A stretch of 64,000 nucleotides of DNA, taken from positions 137,826,001 through 137,890,000 of the forward strand of contig NC_091475.1 of NCBI RefSeq assembly GCF_036971445.1. The letters are read 5' to 3'. Positions within the stretch are counted from its first letter, which is position 1; each line of letters starts with the position of its first letter. The notes under the pieces were generated by a model. It did no database searches. It saw only the letters and a program-made list of their open reading frames with translations, and was not told the origin of the DNA. The position numbers were made by a program, and so were the translations under genes. The stretch comes from Narcine bancroftii (Eukaryota). Below are positions 51,201 through 63,379 of this stretch, in pieces.

Positions 51201-51398
51201 GTGTATATATTCAACAGGGGGATATCTTCAACAGGGGGATATCTTTGACGGGGTGGATATCTTCGAGGGGGCGATATGTTCGACGGGGTTATCTTCGATG
51301 GGGTGGATATCTTCGATGGGGGAATATCTTCGACGGAGGTGGATATCTTCGATGGGGGATATTTTCGACGGGGGTATATCTTCGACAGGGGGGAACTT
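36238..51398. repeat. ~15.2 kb tandem satellite, unit ~15-18 bp, consensus G(4-7)ATATCTTCGAC (variants ending CGCC, CACC, CGAT)
   Basis: Continuous array seen directly. Consensus units carry GATATC and TCGA. The + strand is strongly G-rich. Confidence 0.98.
46321..50140. repeat. Near-identical 1500-bp higher-order repeat within the satellite (~2.5 copies)
   Basis: The lines starting at 46501, 48001 and 49501 are identical. The same 171-aa translation occurs at 46898 and 48398 (and at 42673). Confidence 0.95.
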
Positions 51399-52464
51399 CC
51401 TCACTCAGCAATAACACAAATTAAATATCAAATGCAATATTATTAAAAATATCACTCCTGATTATAGCGACTCTCAAATGCAAAACAAGGGGTTGAATGA
51501 ACAGTACAATCCACCACTTTGTCGGTAGCAGACTCAGCCCATTAATAGATAGCATCCAAATAACAACTAACAAGTGAATACTGCAATGATTCCTCCCTGG
51601 TATCAGCATCCCCTGTAACCCACATTGTCGAGGGAGTATGAACACAAAACTTTGAGTTATTCTATGTGGTGTGTTTTTATCCTGCATCTGGCTTCATGGG
51701 ACAGTCCTGGGGGCCCCCACGTAAACTCTGAGAGCCAATTGGGAAGCAGTATCACTTGTGGGTGGGTTTAACATCTGATTGGCACCTGGAGGACTCATTG
51801 TGCATCAGCCTCAAACTGTGATCTTATTTAACACTTAATTGATAGATGAGGTCACTTCTGATCTTTGTCCCTGGGGTGGTCAAGTGACCTCCAGCTTGCA
51901 GTTAAAAAAAAACCCATTGCTTTGTATTGCTGTCCAGAATAATCAAACTGTGCATAATTACAGCAGGTAGCACCCAAAAATAAAAAAAAAAGACAAAAGT
52001 TCAAAATATAGTGTTATGAAAAAAAAGCAATTAACACAAAATTGGCAATGGAATATAATTTTCTGTCAAGATTTGTGCATTTTAAAAATATCTATTTTTT
52101 TTGGATGGATGATGATTTGGAGTGATGAGTAGAGGAGTGGTTATTATCTAAATTGACTTTGATAAGGTCCTGCATTTCCCGCTGCTCTCGAAGCATGGGA
52201 TCCAGGGTGAATCAGCAAATTGGATGGATATGAAGGAATAAGTGGGCTGTAGGTAATAGTGTACTGTAGAGATTGGTGCTGCATCCACAGTATGTAATTT
52301 ATGTTCATAACTTTGGTGGTAATGCAATTGATACTGGAATTTCTTGGAAATTGTTCAGAGGAGGTTGATGGTGAATACAAGAGGATCTTGAAAAGATGAG
52401 GTAAGTGGTGCAGGATGGAATTAAGTCTAAATGTATGAAGTATTGAAAGTGATTCATTTTGATT

Positions 52465-54116
52465 CTTAATAAAACCTGTTTGATCAATATGTACCATTTT
52501 GGGTAAATATTTAGCAAGTCTATTAGCTAATACTTTTGATATAATTTTATAATCTACATTTAATAAAGAGATAGGTCTATATGAATTTTAATGGATTTTT
52601 TTGGAATGACAGCTATTAAAGTACTTGAACATGATTCTGGTAACTTCTGATCTTCAGTAACTTGATTCAACACTTCTCCAAATTCATTAGAAAATCATCA
52701 TTAAAAAGTTTATAAAATTCTACAAAAATCCATCATCCCCTGGAAACTTTCCATCAGGCATTTTCTGAATAGCTTCCTTAATTTCAAAATCCGTAAATGG
52801 AGATTCCAATTCCTGAACATCATTTCCATCTAATACTGGTAACTTTAATTTAGATAAGTAAGAATCAATAGAACCATTATCCTGTTTCCCCTCAGAAGTA
52901 TATAATTTCAAATAAAATGAATAAAACTGGTCATTGATTTCCTGTGGTTTGTAAGTAACTTTTGAATTCTTCTTAACAGCAATAATAGTCTGAGAGGTCT
53001 GATCAGCTTTCAATTGGCATGAGTTCTTACCCCCAACTCATAATAACATTGTTTAGATCGATTAACCATTCAAACTGATGTTTGTAAAGTATTATAACAT
53101 AATTTCAACCTCACTAATGCAACTTTTTATCTTCTGTTACACCTTTCTGAAAATCTTTCTCTAACTCAGCATCTTATTTTCTAACTCTAAACTTTCTGCC
53201 ATATATTTCTTAACTTTCATAGAATAACTAATGATCTGCCCTCTCAAATAAGCTTTTAAAGCATCCCATATTACAAAATGACTATCCACAGAATTAACAT
53301 TTTTAGTTAAAAATAAAGAAATCTACTCTTTAGCAAAAGTAACAAGATTTTTTTTTCAATAACATTGCATTAAACCTCCATCTAAATGACGGATGTACTA
53401 CATCCGAACTATCACAGGAGAAAAAGTAATAATGAATGATCAGATATAACTCTACTTTTATATTCAGCTCATAATACTCTACCTTGTAAATGTGCTGATA
53501 CCAAAAATAAATCAATTCTAGAAACTAATCATGTCTTGAAGAATAAAAAGAAAAATCTTTCTCTTTAGGATTAACTTTTCTCCAAATATCCACCAAATAT
53601 AAATTTTTCATTAACACATTAATTTGTGTTGCCATCTTTGATTTCCTTATACTTTTTGGATTTCTGTCCAATAAAGGGTCGAGAACACAATTAAAATCAC
53701 CACTAACTAAAACATTTTCATTAGTTTGAGTTAATATTTTTTTTAAAAAAGCTTCTGAAATAAACCGCTCATCATCTATATTAGGGGCATAAAGATTCAG
53801 CAAAGTCCAAGATTCAACAAAAATTTTACAGTTCGCTCTTAATACTCTGCCAGCATACCCCTCTGAAGATTCCAATTCAAATGGTAATTTTTTTATGAAT
53901 TAAAATCACTACTCCTCTTGCCTTAGAATTAAAAGAAGTAAAAACATGTCCAACCCAATCTCTTTTCAATTTCAAATGTTCTTTCTCAGTCAAATGTGTT
54001 TCTTGTGAAAAAGCAATATCAATTTTCTTTTTTTATATATAAGCCAATATTCTCTTTCTCCTAATTGGATTATTTAACTCCTGAAGATTAAAAGTTGCAA
54101 AATTCATTTTAGACAT
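52465..54116 (-). pseudogene. L1 ORF2 (APE endonuclease, linker, first RT motifs), frameshifted
   Basis: ORFs 53525..53875 and 52720..53013, plus the motifs listed for the element. Confidence 0.88.
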
Positions 54117-54379
54117 TTTTAACTACTAATATATTTACACACTATAAAATAATGCACCCCTTTATCATTCTTCCAAGAAAAAAAAAACAACCCCTCAAAA
54201 AGTCCCAGAAAAATACAAAAAAAAACACCCAATGGTAGTAATACCCTAAAAATCTGGGTGTGGTAAACCCACTAGTGGCAGATGACTATCAAAGTTTTCA
54301 GTATCATCCAACCCCCCCCCCCCAAGCCAGATACATATTTATTATTTAATCAAAAGCAATAGAATATAGTCCATATATT

Positions 54380-55986
54380 CAGCCGAATGATTCAAAGCCC
54401 AACGACTGCTCCGGATCTTCAACAACAAGAAGACTTTGTGTCAATTCTCCATTCTTCCCATTATTCCCATGTCCATTTACCCTCCTCTTAGGAGATAACG
54501 GAGGAGAACATCCATTTCTTTGCAATTCCGGCAAGAATTAGCAAAAACCAAAGCATCATGATAATTCTCAAAAAGTTAAGATTGAAAATTTCCATAGGAA
54601 ACCTTTAAAATTGCAGGATAACAAAAAGCAAATTCGTTGCCTTTTCACCACAAAACATCTTTGGCCGTATTAAATTCATGTCATCTTCTGATAACCTCCT
54701 TGCTCAAATCAGCATTTAAAAAAAATCACTGTTATTTTGAACCATTAATGGAGATCGATTCTGCCATGCATTCTGCACTGCCATATGTAAAATCATTTCT
54801 CTATCTTGATATTTTAAACAACTAATCAAGACTGCTCTCTGTGTTTGTCCTGGAAGTGGTTTTCTTCTCCGAGCTCTATGAGCCCTATCCAATTCCAAAT
54901 CTTCAGGGAAAAGTTGTTTACCCAACACCTCTGGGATCCAGTGCTTAAATTTTTTTATAGGGTCAGCACCTTCAATGTCCTCTGGGAGACCAACTATTTT
55001 CACATTATTCCTTCGATTTTGATTTTCCAATGAATCAAACTTCTTCATTAAATCTCTTTTTTGAATCCCCCAATCTACAAAAGAACCTTCCACTTTTTCA
55101 ATTTTTTCTCTATTACGTTCTACCTGAATTTAACACTCAGAGAAGGCTGTTTCAATTTTCTTAAAATTATCTTGCACAGTATCAACTGATTTTATACATC
55201 TATTAATATCACTTTTAACTACAGTCATTTCCTGCTTCACAGTTGACATTTCATCACACAAGGTATTCATTTTTATTTTCATGTCCATAAATTCTTGATT
55301 CACTTGAGTTGATATTTGTTTTGACATATTATATATTTGACAAGCAATTCCTTCCAAAACAGTAAACACTGAATCCAGTCCAGATTCCACTTCCACTTTT
55401 TGAGATTCACCTCCTTTGACTCCAAGCTCCTCCTCCTGGACGAATTCCAATAAGGTAAGTTCCTCTTCTTTCTCAATCATCGTCGGTCCCTTGGCTGAAC
55501 AGCTGCAGGTCTGGACACCCGATGCCGGCACCCTGACCTCTTTGGGATGATGGCATTCAGGCTCCCCCACAGCCCACCCCCACCATTTCTCCAGCAGTTC
55601 TCGGACCCACAATGTCCCACGCAGGCCAGGCAAAGCCGTCGGATGTGCAGGAGCGTCCTCCGATGCTACACTGCACGCCACTGGGCCACCCAGTGAGGTC
55701 AGAGGTTCGCAAGTCCCCTTATCAGCCATCCCATCCACACACATGACTGCATGTGAACACGGGTCGGCAATGGACGAATTCTCCAATGTGCCGGCGCCAT
55801 CTTGCGGAGGCAGGATCGGCGCCAGAGTCAGATTCAAACGGGCTGGAGTCCTCTGAGGCTTGGAGACTCCCAGCGACTACTCTGTGGATTCAGCTATGCA
55901 GGTAGGCCTCAATTCTTCCACACTTTTATATGGTAGTCTTTTTTCTGAAGCTGAGGTTTAAATTTTTCCACATTGAATGCCATCAT
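54380..55986 (-). pseudogene. L1 ORF1 (coiled coil and RRM) with long N-terminal extension, frameshifted
   Basis: ORF 55130..55837 has a heptad-like C-terminal half; ORF 54716..55093 has the RRM motifs. Start and end approximate. Confidence 0.8.
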
Positions 55987-56404
55987 AAATCACTGTTATT
56001 TAAATAATTGTAAATCTTATTTTTAACCACTTTTATGCTTTTTAAAAACTGGGTATTTAATGATCCAGCTGGGGAAAGGTGGAATACATGTCTTTCTTCT
56101 ACGCCATCTTGCCACGCCCCCACACCACTACTGTCCTGTCCTTGAAGTTTTTCCTTTGAGCTTCAAAATGGAAGGTGTTTTTAAAAAAAATCTGCAGTTG
56201 TAAAGGGCTGGTTCAGAAGCATTCAATACTTTGTACCTTTTGCTCTGCCGAATATTCTATCAGTCACTGTCGCAGCAGCAAGCACTTCCAGATTAATGAG
56301 CTCTTGTATTATTAATACATTGGAAAGCTATGGGTTAGGCGCTGACAAATAGTCAACATACACCTGGTTGGCTCGTGCTTGTTTCTATGCTGTCTGATAC
56401 TTTT

Positions 56405-56532
56405 AAGAATAAATATCCCAGAAGGAAGAATAAATATCCCAGAAGTAAGAATAAATATCCCAGAAGGAAGAATAAATATCCCAGAAGGAAGAATAAATAT
56501 CCCAGAATAAAACAAACCAGAATAAATATCCC
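56405..56532. repeat. 21-bp minisatellite (AAGAATAAATATCCCAGAAGG), ~5 copies plus a partial
   Basis: Seen directly. Confidence 0.95.
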
Positions 56533-56974
56533 TTTCAATTTTTTATAAATGTTGATCCTCACTAAAACTTTGAATCCTAATCATAGTAACTCCAATGTTC
56601 AATTTTGAGCACTTAACATGGGGCTGTTTTAGTAAATTACAGCGCAGATTTCAAGCTTCAAATTAAATTATTTTCACCAGAGGATAATTATTTGACATTG
56701 AACAAAATTTCAGTTTATGATTTTTAATATCTTTCTGCCATTGACTGAAGGACATTAGACAGCCAATCGTGCTGTGCTTGGAATAGTCTACAGGTAAATG
56801 AAATGAATTATTTGTTGGGTGTATTAACACACTGAACAGTTATGTTTTGCGTTCCATTCAAGTAAGTCAAACATATTTGAGAGTAATGGTTAATGCAATA
56901 ATAAACCAGGTGCAGAGCATAGAGTTATAAAGAAAATGCTGGGTGGAAAGAAAAGTTAAAAGATGCAAGGGCAT

Positions 56975-57110
56975 CATCTTTCACTAATGAAACATCCATT
57001 TAAGAGTTTGATAAATGCAGTAAAGCTGTCCTTGAGTTTCATGGGTTCAAGATCATGCATCTTCCCAGCTTCTAAGCGATGGAGTGCGGGAGAAGTGTAA
57101 CTGGGGTAGG
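56975..57110 (-). mobile_element. Rex1-type LINE 3' end
   Basis: ORF 56974..57189 ends KLKDSFTAFIKLLNG (compare RLxNSFFPxAIRLLN). Confidence 0.5.
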
Positions 57111-57139
57111 ATATATACAGAGAATGATATCTATGGAAT

Positions 57140-57512
57140 GTGAGTGTATGAATATGGAGATGTTTGTGTGGGTGTCTATGTATTTGCATGTGAGTGTGTG
57201 CATGTATATTTGTCTATGTATATGATCAAGCATGTGTGAGTGTACGTGTCTGAATTTGTGTATTTATACATGTGTATGTGTTTTTACAGTACATTTGAGT
57301 ATATATGTGTGTATACATGTTTGTATAGTTGTGTGCGTGTGTATTTGCAAATTTGTATGTGTTTGAGTGCATGTGTGTTGTATGTTTGTGTTTGGGTGTA
57401 TGTATGTTTTTTGTGTGTATATATTTGTGTGCATGTTTGTATGTGTTCATGTGTGTGCATTTATATGCGTGTATATTGCATCTGTGTATATTTTTTTTGT
57501 ATATGTGCATGT
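57140..57512. repeat. Degenerate (TG/TA)n low-complexity tract
   Basis: Seen directly. It accounts for the His/Thr- and Cys/Val-rich ORFs here. Confidence 0.9.
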
Positions 57513-57737
57513 GGGCAAGAATAATTACTATCCCAGCATCTCCCCCCCCCCCAACTTCATTTTCTGAAGCCAATGACCAACTTTTTTTGCTGATAATACT
57601 GTCATTTCTCCACCCCCACCCCCACCCCCAAAAGTTGTTTTATTAAAAACTTGGTTCTCTCTGAGAATTGAGAACCCCACTTTTACCTGGCTTATAGTGA
57701 CAGAATTCATTTGTTCTATCCTGATATAGATGTGCAC

Positions 57738-57878
57738 CTGACAGGATTGATTCCAAGGCTCCTGCAAATGTAGAGGTACATTTCCTCCATCACATTATCA
57801 AAAAGACCAGAGTTACTGAGCTGAAGAAATGAGTCTTGTCAATGAAAGTAAAAGTAAAACAGGGGCCAGAAATCTGAA
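57738..57878 (+). repeat. 141-bp direct repeat, copy 1
   Basis: Aligns without gaps to 58792-58932, 9 mismatches by eye. Confidence 0.92.
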
Positions 57879-58791
57879 TCTGGGGTTCAGAGATTGAATG
57901 GACCCAAAATGGTTCCCATGCTTCTGATCCCTGGCCAGTGACTTGGTGTTTTCCCTAATTCTTTGATCATAGTGGTCAGAGCAGTTTTGGGCTGCTTGTG
58001 CCAGGTCTAGAATGCTACCTATATTAGGCCCAGTGCTTCATCAGATCCCCAGTATTAGACCCAGTATAGATCCTGAGGGCAGATTCAGTGTGATTCCTGC
58101 AGTCTGGCTGATATTGGGAACCATGAGTGTTTGCCTCTGATGTGTATTGTTCCTTGTTTGCTCCCTTATTTTGCATTCATTTCACAAATCACTTGCTTGA
58201 AAGTTGTGGCTGACTGGAGGATTCTAATTCCTTCTCCAAAAGCCTCATTTGGCTTTGAGGGAAAGAATCCAAGATTCCTCTTCGCAAAGAGCATGACTTC
58301 AGCACATTCCAGCAAGAGACCAGATTGCAAGGAAATAGCCAATGCCTTTCAAATTAGTGAGGTGATATAACTACATAGTTGGTTAGCTAGTTCTGGAGCC
58401 TATGAGCTCTCATCGAAGGGTACTGATTCTGTGGGAGCACATGAATCTTAGCTGGAGTCAATTATTTACCAGTGGTGATGGTGCATTGTTTGGAGCCATT
58501 GGAATGAGCTACCAGCTGAAATGATGAATGTGGCCTCTATTTTGACATTTAAAACAATTTGGATATATACATGGGTGAGGTGGTATGGGTGCAAAATAAG
58601 TTTGACACACTAGATGGGCTGAAGATCCTGTTTCTGAGCTGTATGGTTAAAAAGGGGCTGTTTACTGATATTGAGTATCCATGTACAAGGTCAAAAAGCT
58701 TTTTTGATCCTGTTCCAGTGTTTGTTTTTTTTATTGTATTTGATGACTGTCATCCTCCTACCTGTCATCCTCCTACCTGTTATCCATTTGA

Positions 58792-58932
58792 CTGACAGGA
58801 TTGTTTCCATGGCTCCTGCAAATGTAGAGGTAGATTCCCTCCATCACATTTTCAAAAAGACCAGAGTTACTGAGTTAAAGAAATGAGTCTTGTCGATGAA
58901 AATAAAAGTAAAACAGGGGCCAGAAATCTGAA
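58792..58932 (+). repeat. 141-bp direct repeat, copy 2
   Basis: See copy 1. Preceded by a 15-bp tandem (CTGTCATCCTCCTAC, ~2.5 copies, 58747-58785). Confidence 0.92.
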
Positions 58933-59969
58933 ATGTAAAAAAAAATGCTGGAAACACTTCAGCAGATAAGGAAACAGCTGTGGAAAGAGAAACAGTTAAC
59001 CTATTAGACCTGTAACACTTTATCAAAATCTGTCTTCTCCATCGTTTCCACAAACTAGCCTTGCTTCTGGAGTGTTTTCTCCAGGAAATGAGAAAAATGG
59101 GCCTAGTTTGTCAAGGTGTATTAGATTCATATTTTGCAAGTGGCGATTCCCTGGCATAATGGAATTCCTGACTAAATTTTGCAGTTTTGATAACCAGATG
59201 GGAGTATAAGTTTTGCATGCATTCAACAGGATACCAGCTCACATACTTTTATGACATCATCCATTTTAGCCTCCTATATGTCACACTATACCACTTGGTT
59301 TATTGGAAACAACTTTATCACCTAACCAGCATGTGTGCAAAGATTCATTCACAGAAAAGACAGACAACCCTGAAAATTCTTTTCAACGCTTTATCCTTTG
59401 CAAAAAATTCCCATTTACCTTAAAGTTGCTTTAACAATCCTGTTGATGAAAAATTCCAATTCTCTGCTTAAATAGATAAATTATCTGACTCGTCATAAAA
59501 GGTTGCAGGCATCTCGTTATTACTTGATCAGAAATTTTAACATTTTCCATTGCTAATCAAATTCTGGGATCTCCTGACTGCTGAAATTCACATGATTTTC
59601 TGTTTTAGCATTCCCAATTTTGTTATTTTGTCACTTGATTTTGATCATAAAGTTCACATTTGAATCAGGGTTGCAATTGTCAAAACCAAAAGTATTATTT
59701 TAAATCGTCTGTAAAATGAAGCAGGATGCAAGACTAGATGAACGGGCCCTCTGTCCAGGGCCCATTGTCATTATGGGACAGCTATCAGGGGGAAGTTTAA
59801 CTAAAAAATCATCAAATCGTGATGTTCGTTATGAATGCATAGTGTAAATTGGCGTAATTTGTATAATTTCCTCGTTTGGAAACCTGAGCACCTAGAAAAG
59901 AGGAAGGATGCAGAAAGTTAACCCTATCAAGGGCACCACTATTCAGTTCATTAAAAACATTTGTGTGAG

Positions 59970-60125
59970 TCACTGGCTCAAGAAAGCAGCCAACGTCGCA
60001 ATGGAGGACACAATCTCTTCTCTCTGTTCCCTTCAGGCAGAAGGCACAGAAGCCTGAACTCCAGCACCTTTTGGTTCAAGAACATTTTTTTTTATTCCAA
60101 CAACTATCAGGATCTTGAAACTCCC
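59970..60125 (+). mobile_element. Rex1-type LINE 3' end
   Basis: aagaaagcagccaac...ctcttctctctgttcccttcaggcagaagg...ttcaagaac...ttccaacaactatcaggatcttgaa. Confidence 0.65.
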
Positions 60126-60199
60126 TTTACTAACAATTAACTGTCCCAGCACCACAAAAAAGATAGATCTTTGCTATGAAATGATCATTTTTTTACACA

Positions 60200-60290
60200 C
60201 TATAAGATATAGGAGCTGAAATATGCTATTCAGTCCATGGAGTCTGCCCTGCCATTTAATCATCAGCTGATCTAATTTCCCACTCAGCCT
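60200..60290 (-). mobile_element. CR1 3' tail fragment
   Basis: Reverse complement gatcagctgatgattaaatggcagggcagactccatggactgaatagcat...gctcctatatcttat is a CR1-type 3' terminus (compare 30880-30935). Confidence 0.6.
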
Positions 60291-63200
60291 AACTAATTAA
60301 AACTGAATATTTATTTTTTTTACTGTTCATAATTTTTTTTGTCTTGGCATGTTGTGGTATTGCAGTCAGTGTTCATTGTTTACCAATTTGGCTGCAGAAA
60401 GCAAGAGTTTCAGCTCCTTTGTACATTGTACTTGTGCATTGAAGTGGGAACAATTACAGAGCAATTGTAACATGATAATTTTATGTACTGATCAAGAAGC
60501 TTCAATTGCACATTTCAGATTTGAGCATAATTTGTATTTGGTGGCTGAGCCCATTGGCAGTGATTTCAAACTGATCATGATTTGATGTAAAAGTTGTCTG
60601 TCGTCTCTCACATGCACTGAACGTGCCCATAAATGAAGGATTAAAACTTTCAATAATATTCAATAAACAGAGATAACCCTTATCTGATTCACTCCTGGGA
60701 TGTCCTTGGCACTTGGAATGACAATGTTTATTTTACAATATTCCATATGCAAAAAAAATGTTCTCACTTTAACCATATAGATATTTCAATAAAACATTAA
60801 TTTGATAGATATTAAATCGTGCATTGTTAATAAATACAAAAGATATTATTCACTGTTACTGTAGTGAAATAAAATGTAGCATTATTGGCTTCCAATTAAG
60901 AAATGACACAGATTAATATTCTTCATATGTTCTCTGACCATTCTGCTGTACTTCCTGCTGTCACATTTCTCAAACTAAATCAACTCCACAGCTCTCACGT
61001 TTGAACCAGCCCTGACCTCCTTTGGATCAAAGCCAATCAAAAAGGTGATCAGAAATGAGCACAAAGTGACTTTGACCTAGTCTATCAATGAAGCCTTTGG
61101 CCTCCTGAATGAAAGGCTTCTATAATGACGAGTCCTTGCTCAAAAATCAGTGTGGGATCACTTTAAGGAAGTTGAAAACTGAACCACTTCATTTGGAACC
61201 AATTTGAAATAATATGGCTCATACAATGTCAATGTTATTAATGACATTGGAAATAATTAATCAATGTTTGAAACTGTCAGAAACTTAGAAATGTACTGAA
61301 AACAATATTGCAATTGTTAAACAAAAAGAGTGAGAACCAAAGCACTGAGAAATTGCACAGAAAAGAAACACAAAATGTGAAGACAACTATTGGGTTGGTG
61401 TCTGTTTGCACAGTCATTGAGTTTAATTTTCTTTGGGATAGGACATGAACCAGGTAATAACTATTTATAAAAGGGCAGTATTTTGCCTTCATCAAACTAT
61501 ACAGTTGCAAACCTGGCATGTGTATGCAGAGGGGTTGCTGACACTAAAATAAATCAGAGAGAATCTGGAGGAACTCAATGGGTCAGGCGACGTCCATGGG
61601 CAGAAATGGTCAGTCAAATTCAAGTTACTTCAGTTTGTGTTTCTCTTGAAATAAATCAATTTTGTAGCAATTACAATGAGTAACATGGTGCAGAAAGCCA
61701 AATTTGCTATTTTTGTTTTTACTGACTCTTTGCCTGGGGTGCCTGACACAATTGATTGAATTCATGGGCACGTCTGACCTCCACTGAAAAAGAAAATCTA
61801 AGTCCATTAACATCATTGCACCTTCAAAAATATGAATATGGATTAAAATGATCTTTTGGCCAGTACATTGCATTGATCCTGAAAATGGAACTTCACCTTT
61901 GCTTGAAAAATGCCATGAGAGAAGTGGTTGGCTGAAATATCAAACATATTGGAGTCCCTCTCCCACCCCAACCCTAAGTGTTATAATATGGCATATGCAG
62001 AACAAAGCCATGTTTCTATAGATTGACTATGAAAATTACTTTTGTATTCTGAAGTTTATGGATTATTCTGGAAATGTCTTACAAAATAGTTCAGTGACGA
62101 TGTGCCAATCATAATAGCTTCGAAAGAAGAAAACATGAAATGAGTAGGTAAGGAATAAAAGGATCCCACAGTTAAGAAAGTCTAGGGAAGAGACTATCAG
62201 ATTTCTACAAGCATAATTTTAGTGGTCTAGAGGGTCTGTACTGTGTTGTAATGTTCTGAACTTCATTTGAAATATTTCCTTTCAATGTAGCTGATACAAC
62301 CAATCTCACTCAATTGATTTTTTTTTCGATGGTAGATGTACTAAGGAAATCAGCAATGGCCAGAAGAATAGATTTTCATGTTTCAAATATCAGAAACTTC
62401 AGTGCTTAAAAAAGAGCAACTTTACAATTTTGCATCTCCCTCTTCTAACAATCAATTGTAAGACCAGATTCAGATTTCTATGTAATTGCTGTACATCTCC
62501 TGGCCACCACCTATGTAACTTTTAAAAATTTTTAAAAAATGGATATTTTGCCCACTTCAATTGGGGATCCAAATCATATACATTTCCCAAAAGAAAAAGC
62601 TCGAGTGTTAAAATGGTAAATGTATTTTTATTAAATAGAAAAGGTGACTTGTAATATTAGAAATGGGGATGATACATAAAAATATGGAAACCATATTTAG
62701 ATATTGTGTTTGGATATCTAATGTTTTCTCTTCTATATCCCACCACCATTTTTTTTAATCTTAATGGTTGAACCTTATGTTGGTTTAATTTTATTTTATT
62801 AAAATCCTGTCTTTTTGGGAAAGTGGGAGGGAGTGTAGTTAATCACAATAGCTTTGTACATATATCTATTCTTTTTTTCTTTTATACTTTTTCTCTTCTC
62901 ACTTTTATGTATTGTACAATCATTTATTTTATACTATTTTGATAATTGTAAATATCGTATGGACGCAATTTTCTTGTCATATTGTACTGCATACAAAACT
63001 ATAATTTAACAAAAAAAGAGCCACTGAGGAATTGCACAGAAATTTCAGGGTGCCACAGCATCCACTGGAAAATTTGACTCCACAGTTTTCTGAGGAGATT
63101 TTGTTTGCCTTAACCTTGTTATTCTGTATATGTCAGAACAACAGTCACAGGTATTTTCCACTGTGATACTTTAAACCTCTCAAAATAATTGTATTTCAAT

Positions 63201-63379
63201 TTGTTGTCAGAATAACTAGGTTTTACTAGCTCCATTGTTTCATTAACCTGCACTATTAAAAGAGCCAGGACCCTCATTGTAGGTTTGGCCATAAATATGC
63301 TCAACTGGAATCTCAAAAACTGCCTCAGATGCATGTCTGACCTAATGAAGATCTACCGGGACCAAAGCCTGAAGAGGGC

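Larger units (their letters stand above)
52465..56121 (-). mobile_element. L1-clade LINE with intact 5' end, ORF1, endonuclease and start of RT; 3' part missing
   Basis: 5' end GGGGGCGTGGCAAGATGGCG. ORF1 LENQNRRNNVKIVGLPE...ELDRAHRA. ORF2 ATG at 54116 with APE motifs LLNLYAPN and GDFN, then [20 protein letters not shown] and DQTGFI, after which homology stops. Confidence 0.92.

Noticed and set aside
36238-51398. CRISPR-like or other repeat-spacer array
   Set aside because: Only G runs lie between the cores. There are no unique spacers and no cas genes, and the context is eukaryotic.
36081-51424. Many long ORFs (up to 378 aa) with GDIFDG / GISST / GYLRR and KISP / EDIP / RRYP repeats
   Set aside because: The consensus unit has no stop codon in any frame on either strand, so long ORFs are automatic. 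G-run length varies freely and frames switch constantly, with no sign of codon-level constraint.
28185-56121. The two - strand L1 pieces (5' half 52465-56121, 3' half 28185-30720) as one element split by later insertions
   Set aside because: They overlap in the YRPISLLN...DQTGF region and differ there ([23 protein letters not shown] vs NTDYKIIAKLLAKRLADCVPKIV), so they are different subfamilies.
57226-57646. His/Thr-rich and Cys/Val-rich ORFs
   Set aside because: These are translations of a TG/TA low-complexity tract.
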